NCBI RefSeq assembly: GCF_046462495.1
Contig: NZ_JBKGVE010000011.1
Span: forward strand, 21,484 to 85,483
Direction of reading: 5' to 3'
Length of the DNA: 64,000 nucleotides
From: Aquirhabdus sp.
GTDB taxonomy: Bacteria > Pseudomonadota > Gammaproteobacteria > Pseudomonadales > Moraxellaceae
The notes beneath the pieces were generated by a model, which was given only the letters and a program-made list of their open reading frames with translations, ran no database searches and was not told the DNA's origin. Every line of letters starts with the position of its first letter. The first letter of the stretch is position 1. Shown piece after piece: positions 11,014 through 18,994 of this stretch. The translations under genes and the position numbers were made by a program.

Positions 11014-11186
11014 ATCTCCCGGGCTTTTGTCCCGCCGTGTAATGTGCGATAAACAGTGCTAAACAAATGGGTTGCTGAGCAGTGCTTCATTCACATCGGT
11101 TGCTCTCGGACCAGTCATTTTGCATGATTGCTTTTCTGCTTAAGCAGATTGAAGGCATCATATAAAATCGGAACCCTAGCGACCTT
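11014..11186 (-). ncRNA. Guanidine-I riboswitch (ykkC-yxkD)
   Basis: Minus strand GGTCGCTAGGGTTCCG ... GACTGGTCCGAGAGCAACC ... ACACGGCGGGACAAAAGCCCGGGAG: all three conserved blocks in order, 5' of a uca operon. Confidence 0.95.
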
Positions 11187-11232
11187 TTTTGAAGCAGAAG
11201 ACCACAAATGTGTCCTCTCATATCTATTATAA

Positions 11233-11248
11233 AGCAAATTCCAAGCCA
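11233..11248 (-). promoter_or_regulatory. sigma54 (-24/-12) promoter feeding the riboswitch/uca operon
   Basis: Minus strand TGGCTTGGAATTTGCT, GG-N10-GC, about 45 bp upstream of the aptamer. Confidence 0.78.
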
Positions 11249-11297
11249 GTCTAGAGACTGACGTGGTGCAAACTGATTCAATCAACACGAGATCAGG

Positions 11298-11933
11298 TTA
11301 TGCTTGTGTATGAACGCCGGGTCCAACAGGTGGGTATTTTTTGAAGACGGGCAGTTGTTCGGCATTAGCCGAGAGTGCTGATAAGGCAGGGTAATCTCCC
11401 ACAATCAAAATGTCTGGCAGCATGCTATAAATAAATTGCCATGTAACCGCTGATGTGAGCAGTGATAGGTTTCTTTCTGTCTGTTCAACAGGATCGTTAA
11501 GCCCTGCAATCAAGTGTTCCAACTGAGTCATTGCAGCAATCAGTTGGCCCTGCACACGATCTAGCCATAGCTGAAATTGCTTTTCGGTCGGACGTAAGCT
11601 TTTCTCATAGACAAATTGTGCCGTTTTCTCGCAAGCGGCCAAAGCCAGTCCAATGATTTGTAGTTCTTTTTGCAGCGGGAGAAGGTGAGTGGATTTTAAT
11701 GATCGACCCGATGCGGCTTCAGCATGTTCGATGATCAGCGACGAATCCATCAGCACAGTCCCATCATCACAGATGAGCGAAGGGGCTTTAACGACGGGAT
11801 TGATTTGTTGAAATTTCTCAAAGGTGCTAAATACCGAGATGGCGTGATGCTCAAAAGAAATACCAAGTAAATCAAGCGTAATTGCTGTACGTCTGACATA
11901 AGGGGAGTCCAGCATTCCAATGAGTTGCATCAC
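11298..11933 (-). CDS. Glutathione S-transferase family protein (YibF-like)
   Basis: 'LIGMLDSPYVRR', 'INPVVKAPSL', 'LMDSSLI'. Confidence 0.9.
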   Translation of the reverse strand: MMQLIGMLDSPYVRRTAITLDLLGISFEHHAISVFSTFEKFQQINPVVKAPSLICDDGTVLMDSSLIIEHAEAASGRSLKSTHLLPLQKELQIIGLALAACEKTAQFVYEKSLRPTEKQFQLWLDRVQGQLIAAMTQLEHLIAGLNDPVEQTERNLSLLTSAVTWQFIYSMLPDILIVGDYPALSALSANAEQLPVFKKYPPVGPGVHTQA

Positions 11934-12004
11934 AATATCTCCTTTATGTATTAATTATCATTGCTCGTCTTTAATCTGTTTACGATAACGAATTGAATCA
12001 TCAC

Positions 12005-12640
12005 TTACCATTGCCATACGAGCTTGAGTGCAAATGCGATCAGCACCATGCCCATGATGCGTTCAAACCAGTGGCCTTGTTTTAAGAAAGCTTGGCGAAT
12101 TTTATCTTGCGAGAACAAAATGCTAACTAATATAAACCACAGCGCGGTTACGACACACATCCAGACGCCATAAAAAATCTGCACCGACATCGGAGTAGTG
12201 GCGCTGATCAGTGTGGTGAAAATGGCGAGAAAGAATAATGTCGCTTTTGGGTTTAAAGCGTTGGTAAAAAAACCTGTTAAATATGCGCCACGCTTTGCCT
12301 GATTAGCTAACGCGAGGTTATCTACGTCACTTTCAGAATTGGTATTGGCTTGGCTGCGGATCAATTTCCAACCTAAATAAAGCAGATAAATTGCCCCAAG
12401 AATTTTGACGCCGTGCAAGATTTGCGGTGAGGTATGCATCAGAGCGCCTACACCGAGTAGGGTATAAAGCACATGGATTGAGATTGCAGAGCCGATACCA
12501 AGTGCTGTGAGTTGACCGACCCGCCGCCCATAGCGGACAGTTTGACTGATCGTGACAGCAAAGTCTGGACCGGGGGCAATGAGTGCTAGGAAATGAACCA
12601 AAGCAATGGTAAGAAATTCAGAGAGGTAGGTTGAGATCAT
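12005..12640 (-). CDS. LysE/RhtB-family translocator
   Basis: 'APGPDF', 'GAIYLLYLG', 'FTNALNPKA'. Confidence 0.92.
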   Translation of the reverse strand: MISTYLSEFLTIALVHFLALIAPGPDFAVTISQTVRYGRRVGQLTALGIGSAISIHVLYTLLGVGALMHTSPQILHGVKILGAIYLLYLGWKLIRSQANTNSESDVDNLALANQAKRGAYLTGFFTNALNPKATLFFLAIFTTLISATTPMSVQIFYGVWMCVVTALWFILVSILFSQDKIRQAFLKQGHWFERIMGMVLIAFALKLVWQW

Positions 12641-12685
12641 TCAGGCAACAGCTTATCGGATAGAGAGTAAAGAAATGATGGGGCG

Positions 12686-13147
12686 TTATTGCGAGCGCAG
12701 TGATTTTTTCATAAAGAAACGGGAAAAACCCATCGGGTAATCTTCCAGTTGCCCAAAACAGCTGTAGCCTAGGCGCTCATAGAATGCGCGTGCCTGAAAC
12801 TCAAAGGTATCTAGCCATGCTCCATGACAGCCACGTTCTATTGCTTCTTGCTCTGCAAGATGAAGGAGCTTGGTGCCAAGCCCTTGACCACGCAGCGATT
12901 CAGGGATGACAAACAGTTGGGTGAATAACCAGCCACCGCCTGTTTTTCCCCATAGGCCGCCAATAATTTGTTCATCAGCATCTTTGATTAGAATCGCTAA
13001 AGCGCGGGCACCACTGAGTCCTGCTTGACTCATATTGTATTGGGTCAGTGGCGTCGCAATGGCTTTTTCCATTTCGGCAGTGACGGCATCAGTCAGGGTG
13101 ATGGTGTAGTCCACTACATGATTTGCTGCGCTCAAAGTTTTGTCCAA
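12686..13147 (-). CDS. GNAT-family N-acetyltransferase
   Basis: 'RGQGLGTKLL' acetyl-CoA motif; 'LDTFEFQARAFYERLGY'; start uncertain. Confidence 0.88.
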   Translation of the reverse strand: MDKTLSAANHVVDYTITLTDAVTAEMEKAIATPLTQYNMSQAGLSGARALAILIKDADEQIIGGLWGKTGGGWLFTQLFVIPESLRGQGLGTKLLHLAEQEAIERGCHGAWLDTFEFQARAFYERLGYSCFGQLEDYPMGFSRFFMKKSLRSQ

Positions 13148-13161
13148 TCAGTTCAAATTTA

Positions 13162-14415
13162 TCAGTCCTTAACTTTAGCATCATCTCGCAAAAAGTGCTC
13201 GATTTCATCGACACGTAATCCTGCATCGTGATACCCCAATTGAATCAGCTCGCGGGTAAATGAGGAGTCAAAGAGTAGGAAGCTGGTTAAATCTGCACTC
13301 TGTGCGTCGGGGCGTCCCAAGCCATCCATCAAATAACGGATGCTTTTTGGCATACGATGTTCTAGGGTTTTGGCAATAATTGCGATATCCGCAGAAGGGG
13401 AAATGACCAAAGGGTTGACGATCCGCATCGGCTCTGAAAGCGGTGATGCGATCCGATGCCCTTCAGGGATTTGTTTCTCAAGCTCCTGATAGGCTCTGAC
13501 AAAGTCATTCATGCGTTTTAAATGATCTAGATCAGCATCAAGATGATCCAGAAAGATTGCATTCATGAGCGTTCCGCAGATTTGTGACAACGGTGGACGC
13601 TGTAATTGGGTCACATAATCATCATCGGTTGAAAGTTCAGAGCGGAGCAAGCTGTCAGCGGATTCTTGGCAACGTACACCGATGGCGAATAACCGCTTAG
13701 CACCCAATCGGATGGCGGGGCTCAGTGGTGTAGTTAAGCGCATCGCACCATCGCCAAAGTAGGCAACAGAGTCACCTGTTTTAAGGGGGATGGGCTGGAA
13801 CACCAGTGGAATTGCCGCAGATGCGAGAATGTGATCGACGGACAAGTGTGTGGGCAAGGCTACACGGCGGCTTTTATTCCATAAAGGATGACCCAGTTGA
13901 CCTTGAATAAAAGTAAAGGCTTTACCTGAATGATAGCCTGTCGCTGTCACACCAAACGCGTATAAGTCGCCACGTTGTATGGCCTGATCAATCCCCGCAA
14001 ATTCTAGGCTGTTTTCTAGAAAAGTGCGTAATGGCGATGCGTCGACAAAGGATTTAAGTCTTCCTGCACCCAGTAAACCACCGAGGGTAAAGTCCAATAC
14101 CGCTTGCGCGCCTGTACGGGCAAGAGAAGCAGGATCGTAGCGAAATACTTGAGATGAATTTAAATTAGACCACAGTTTGACCAGCAGTTTTGCACCTGCG
14201 GTAATGTTTGAGTTATTAGCCGCCATGGCTGCACCATTCAATGCACCAGCAGATGCGCCAGTGATAATCTTGAAAGGCGAGGGCTTACCTGCAAATGCCG
14301 GAATCTCGCTGACTCGCTTCAATACCCCTGCATGGTAGGCACCACGTGCCCCACCAGCGGTCAATACAAGAGCGGTCATGTTATCGGGTGCGTGCTTGGG
14401 AATGGGTTTTGACAT
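13162..14415 (-). CDS. Patatin-like phospholipase
   Basis: AGGARGAY, GASAG nucleophile, ASAAIP, DGA; ATG 14415 after AGGAAG. Confidence 0.9.
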   Translation of the reverse strand: MSKPIPKHAPDNMTALVLTAGGARGAYHAGVLKRVSEIPAFAGKPSPFKIITGASAGALNGAAMAANNSNITAGAKLLVKLWSNLNSSQVFRYDPASLARTGAQAVLDFTLGGLLGAGRLKSFVDASPLRTFLENSLEFAGIDQAIQRGDLYAFGVTATGYHSGKAFTFIQGQLGHPLWNKSRRVALPTHLSVDHILASAAIPLVFQPIPLKTGDSVAYFGDGAMRLTTPLSPAIRLGAKRLFAIGVRCQESADSLLRSELSTDDDYVTQLQRPPLSQICGTLMNAIFLDHLDADLDHLKRMNDFVRAYQELEKQIPEGHRIASPLSEPMRIVNPLVISPSADIAIIAKTLEHRMPKSIRYLMDGLGRPDAQSADLTSFLLFDSSFTRELIQLGYHDAGLRVDEIEHFLRDDAKVKD

Positions 14416-14698
14416 GGGCTTCTTCCTAAAGTCTTTGAATAGGTTGTGCATTCATTCATCAAGATCGTCTAATGTCATGCAGCAAGTCTTATGCCAGTTG
14501 AAAGGTTTCATCCGGCTAGAATACAAACTGTTCTCGCTTTCAAGGTCTTTAATGATAGGTGATCCATTTCAAAGAGCAGCATTAATTTTTGATGACATGA
14601 AGTGGGTAGCTCGCTATTTATTATTAAAGAAAGCTCTATTTACTGGATGTTATACCCTGAGGGGGTTATTTTTATTCTACGTAATCGGTGCTTGAGGA

Positions 14699-15559
14699 TC
14701 AGGCAATTTTTAAAATCATCTCAAGTACAAACTTACTGCCAATGAATCCCACAAGTAACAAACTAAAACCCCATAAGGTGAACGTCACAGCCCGCTGTCC
14801 GCGCCAGCCCATGCGCCAGCGACCCACTAACAAAATGCCAAACGTTAACCAGGATAAAATGCTCAGTACAGTCTTATGGACAAGATGCTGTGCCATGAGG
14901 TTTTCAACTGAAACAGCCCCCAACAGTAAGGCTGCTGTCAGTAAAACAAAACCGAGTAGCAACATATCAAAAAGGAGTGATTCCATCGTTTGCAAAGGGG
15001 GGAGGATCGACACCCAAATTCGCCGTTCAGTTTTATGCTTGAGTTCACGGTTCTGGACATGGAGCAAAATTGCCTGAATCGCAGCCATCAGCAGCACGCA
15101 ATAAGCGGCAAGCGACAAAATAATATGACCCTCCAACCCGTGCCCGATGGTTGCTAGGGGCTGATAGGGGGCTTGCCATAAAGCCCCAGCTAAGAGGCCA
15201 GCAACAGCAACAGGAATTCCAAGCAAATTCAAACCAAGTACTGGACGATAGGTGCTGAAGGCAAGGGTTAGCGTCAGCATTAACCAACTGGTGAGTGACA
15301 AAATGTTAAAAAGATTAAAGTTCACGCCTTGTGGTGTGATTAACACTGGCAACAGAATAAAAGCGTGAAGGAGCAGGCCAATCAAGAGTAGTGCCAAACT
15401 GGCCATGCGTTTCGGAATTTTTTTATTGAGTAAATGAGACAACAAATGCCAGAAAGTACCCGCGTACGCAAGGAGTGCAACCACAAGTGCAACAATCTGC
15501 ACGGTTGTCATATCTGGGTGATACCCCTGTGTATTCAGCGTTTCAGTGAGGGCACTCAT
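14699..15559 (-). CDS. ypjD: Cytochrome c assembly family inner-membrane protein (YpjD/CcsA-like)
   Basis: About 8 TM helices; 'LPPLQTMESLLF', 'HKTVLS', 'GWRGQRA', 'GSKFVLE'; divergent from ffh as usual. Confidence 0.88.
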   Translation of the reverse strand: MSALTETLNTQGYHPDMTTVQIVALVVALLAYAGTFWHLLSHLLNKKIPKRMASLALLLIGLLLHAFILLPVLITPQGVNFNLFNILSLTSWLMLTLTLAFSTYRPVLGLNLLGIPVAVAGLLAGALWQAPYQPLATIGHGLEGHIILSLAAYCVLLMAAIQAILLHVQNRELKHKTERRIWVSILPPLQTMESLLFDMLLLGFVLLTAALLLGAVSVENLMAQHLVHKTVLSILSWLTFGILLVGRWRMGWRGQRAVTFTLWGFSLLLVGFIGSKFVLEMILKIA

Positions 15560-15759
15560 GCCATGGATTCATCGTTTAAACTAAAATAGGATTCAAGCAA
15601 CATAGTAATACGGCATTCCCTTTTTACGATATGTATTTTACCAAATATACTCAGAAAATTAGCTCAGTAAGCGAATAGTATGGGTAGTATAAAGAGTCAA
15701 ATGATTTTGTGAACAAGCGATTAAGCCATATTCTAATATTTTCATCGAGGTGATCTTTA

Positions 15760-16002
15760 ATGAGTCTAGAACCAAATCACTCACTAGGAGCACATTTGCA
15801 TCCAAGCGCTCTAGAGCGTTCCCGTCATGTTGAGCATGTTTTGGGTCAAATGCGTGAGGGACTTGGTGATGTTACGCAATATAGCAGTCAAGAACTCTAT
15901 GACATCATCTCTTTTTTAAAAGAATTTTGCATCTCTTTAGAAGATCAGGCGATGAGCAAATCTCAAGGTGAAAGTGAGTCAATTCATGATGAGTTGTCCT
16001 AA
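15760..16002 (+). CDS. Small hypothetical protein (80 aa)
   Basis: Fills the intergenic gap; strong GAGGTG RBS; no recognisable family. Confidence 0.6.
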   Translation: MSLEPNHSLGAHLHPSALERSRHVEHVLGQMREGLGDVTQYSSQELYDIISFLKEFCISLEDQAMSKSQGESESIHDELS

Positions 16003-16240
16003 CTGAGATGAAAATTTAAAAAATAAGGTCATTCTTTAAGATGACATTGTCGATTGCGTTGCTATTTAATCGTCGATGAATACGTTAAAATAGCCCTTTA
16101 AAAGTTATTTTGATCCTCAATAAACAATAAGCGCGGCGCGATCATTTCTGGTTTCGCTTCTGGAGCTTGTTCCAATCACGGTGTAGATAGCACTTTTACC
16201 ATTATTCGTTACTCGATTCGTTATAGGCTCGTAGCACATT

Positions 16241-17671
16241 ATGTTTGATACATTAACCGACCGCTTAACCCAAAGTCTGCGCAATATTTCAGGCTCTGGC
16301 CAACTGACTGAAGATAATATTAAAGACACGCTGCGTGAAGTGCGCATGGCACTCCTAGAAGCCGATGTGGCATTGGCTGTCACACGTGAATTTATTGAAA
16401 AAGTCAAAGTCGAGGCACTGGGGCAGGAAGTTCTCAAGCAACTCTCACCGGGTCAGGCATTCGTCAAGATTGTGTTTGATCAACTGACCTTGATGATGGG
16501 TTCAGCGAATGAAAGTCTCGATTTAAGGGCGAAGCCGCCCGTCGTTATTTTACTTGCGGGTCTACAAGGGGCTGGTAAGACCACCACCGCTGGTAAACTT
16601 GCACGGTTCTTGAAAGAGCGCCAAAAAAAGAAAGTCATGACTGTTTCTGCTGACGTTTATCGTCCGGCTGCGATTGAACAGTTACGCAGTGTATCTGCTG
16701 ATGTGGGTGCACTCTTTGTTCCTTCCTCAAGCGATGAGAAACCGCTTGTGATTGTGCAGCGCGCCATTGAACAAGCCAAAATTCAGTTTGCGGATGTATT
16801 GATTGTCGATACCGCTGGTCGTCTGCATGTTGATGAATCGATGATGGACGAAATCAAAGCGCTACATGCTGCGATTAACCCTACTGAAACGCTGTTTGTT
16901 GTTGACTCGATGACGGGTCAAGATGCGGCCAATACCGCAAAAGCGTTTAACGATGCTCTGCCACTGACTGGTGTGATCCTGACCAAAACCGATGGCGATG
17001 CGCGCGGTGGTGCCGCATTGTCGGTGCGAGCGATTACGGGCAAGCCGATTAAATTTCTGGGTATGGGCGAGAAGCTTGATGCGCTCGAACCGTTCCATCC
17101 AGAGCGTGTCGCCCAGCGTATTCTCGGCATGGGTGACGTCTTGTCGCTGGTTGAGGAAGTTGAACGTAATATAGATAAAGAAAAAGCCGAAAAGATGGCG
17201 AAGAAGCTGCAAAAAGGCGGCAAATTCAATCTTGAAGACATGATGTTGCAGTTTGAACAAATGCGTTCCATGGGTGGCATGGCTGGCTTTCTAGATAAGC
17301 TCCCCGGCATGGGCGGTTCAGGCATGCAACAAGCCTTGGATCAGGCGAAGCCTGAAGTTGCTATGAAAGGTATGGAAGCTATTATCCAATCCATGACCAT
17401 CAAAGAGCGTCGTAATCCTGAGCTGATTAATGCGAGTCGTAAGCGTCGTATTGCGGCAGGTTGTGGTAAAGAGATTCAAGATGTAAACCGCTTGCTTAAG
17501 CAACATGAGCAAATGGCAAAAATGATGAAGAAACTGGCTAACCCTGCTGGCATGATGAAAATGATGAAAGCCATGAAGAATATGGGCGGCGGTGGCTTTG
17601 GCGGGATGGGAGGCATGGGCGGTGCTGGTGGCTCGGGCGGCGGTGCTGGACCGTTGTTTGGTGGGAAATAG
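16241..17671 (+). CDS. ffh: Signal recognition particle protein Ffh
   Basis: GLQGAGKTT, DTAGR, TKTDGDARGG, Met-rich M domain. Confidence 0.98.
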   Translation: MFDTLTDRLTQSLRNISGSGQLTEDNIKDTLREVRMALLEADVALAVTREFIEKVKVEALGQEVLKQLSPGQAFVKIVFDQLTLMMGSANESLDLRAKPPVVILLAGLQGAGKTTTAGKLARFLKERQKKKVMTVSADVYRPAAIEQLRSVSADVGALFVPSSSDEKPLVIVQRAIEQAKIQFADVLIVDTAGRLHVDESMMDEIKALHAAINPTETLFVVDSMTGQDAANTAKAFNDALPLTGVILTKTDGDARGGAALSVRAITGKPIKFLGMGEKLDALEPFHPERVAQRILGMGDVLSLVEEVERNIDKEKAEKMAKKLQKGGKFNLEDMMLQFEQMRSMGGMAGFLDKLPGMGGSGMQQALDQAKPEVAMKGMEAIIQSMTIKERRNPELINASRKRRIAAGCGKEIQDVNRLLKQHEQMAKMMKKLANPAGMMKMMKAMKNMGGGGFGGMGGMGGAGGSGGGAGPLFGGK

Positions 17672-17780
17672 TCTTTCTATTGTTCGGCTGTTTATTGGCG
17701 AGTGATTTGTCAATTTTTAAATGTGATTTAAATTGGCTCCAATAGTATATTTTTTGTAATTGATGAACTATGCTCAGAAG

Positions 17781-17818
17781 ACGAACCAATTGGTTCGTTT
17801 TTCTTTGTTTATTATAAT
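17781..17818 (+). promoter_or_regulatory. 18-bp perfect palindrome overlapping a candidate sigma70 promoter
   Basis: ACGAACCAATTGGTTCGT (17781-17798); TTGGTT(17790)-17 bp-TATAAT(17813). Confidence 0.55.
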
Positions 17819-17836
17819 TACGCAGAGTATATCTTG

Positions 17837-18919
17837 ATGAATTTAAAATTAGCAGTCGTAAGCTTATCTGTACTAAGTTTAGTTGCTTGCGGTGGCGGTG
17901 GCGACAGTTCACCACCGCCCGTTGTCACGCCACCCGTTACACCACCTACTAGTTATACGCCTGTTCCTGTTAAATCGGGTGATACGTATACATTCAGTGG
18001 AGTCGGTACAGCAAGTGATGGAACGACGGGAAGTAGTACTTCAACTGAACAAGTTGCAAGTATTAATCCTGCTAATGGAAATTATGTTAAGAACTTATTT
18101 GATAACAACAAAGAATTGAGCTCGATTCGAGTTTATGATGCTGGAAATGGGCAACTAACTGACAATGCTTGTACAATTTCTCCATCAATCAAAGAAGTTG
18201 TTTTTCCTGCACATGTGGGGCAAACATTTAATCAAACGGCAGTAAATACTTGTCCACTCCAAAATTCAACCGCCAACCAAATTATAAATTTTAATGCTTC
18301 TGGGCAAGTGCTGTCCTATGAAAGCATTACTGTTCCTGCTGGAACATTTAATACCCTTAAAGTTCAAAACAAGGTTGTGATTACCAATGGGGTGGGGACA
18401 GGGCTAGCAATTGATCCTCATACTCAGGACCGGACGTGTTGGGTGGATATTGTTACGGGTGTCAATGTTAAATGTGATCTGGTTAATACCTATACACCAG
18501 CTATTTCATCAACGTATCTTGCAAAATCATCAATTCAATTAGCATCAGTGAGTCAAGCATCTGCCGCAGCCTTTACATTAACGGGCAGCACTACAGGAAA
18601 TCCTTCTCCTTATTTATACGCTATCCCAGGTTACACGACCTTGCTTGCAACAAATGTCGGGAAAAACTTTGAGCTTGATACCACACAACCTGTGGCTTGG
18701 TCGATGATCACCGGCACTAACACGGTTAATCTTTCTGGCGGCAATACGACGACCAGTTATAACGGTGTTTCTTTCTCGATTACGACAACAGGTACATCAT
18801 TGATCGTATCGACATCATATCCTGCTAAGCTGCCAAATACGGTTAATTTGACATTCAAAGCTGCTTTGGCGTCTGATAAGACTAAGATTGTGACTGTGAA
18901 TATCTTCCTTAATCCATAA
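17837..18919 (+). CDS. Hypothetical lipoprotein (Thr/Asn/Ser-rich, VPAGTF-type domain)
   Basis: Lipobox LVAC-GGGGDSS, Pro-rich linker, 'ESITVPAGTF'; 360-aa ORF followed by a terminator. Confidence 0.8.
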   Translation: MNLKLAVVSLSVLSLVACGGGGDSSPPPVVTPPVTPPTSYTPVPVKSGDTYTFSGVGTASDGTTGSSTSTEQVASINPANGNYVKNLFDNNKELSSIRVYDAGNGQLTDNACTISPSIKEVVFPAHVGQTFNQTAVNTCPLQNSTANQIINFNASGQVLSYESITVPAGTFNTLKVQNKVVITNGVGTGLAIDPHTQDRTCWVDIVTGVNVKCDLVNTYTPAISSTYLAKSSIQLASVSQASAAAFTLTGSTTGNPSPYLYAIPGYTTLLATNVGKNFELDTTQPVAWSMITGTNTVNLSGGNTTTSYNGVSFSITTTGTSLIVSTSYPAKLPNTVNLTFKAALASDKTKIVTVNIFLNP

Positions 18920-18942
18920 TGAGTTAGGTCATCGTTCTCAAT

Positions 18943-18974
18943 AAAAAAAGCCGCTTGATGAAGCGGCTTTTTTT
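18943..18974. terminator. Bidirectional intrinsic terminator
   Basis: A7-GCCGCTT-gatg-AAGCGGC-T7 between convergent genes. Confidence 0.9.
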
Positions 18975-18994
18975 ATGGTCATAAGATGGCGATA

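Noticed and set aside
16117..17915. Several antisense ORFs over ffh, and similar shadows over uca, htpG, mdtBC, mutS and the RND gene
   Set aside because: Antisense or off-frame shadows of well-supported genes
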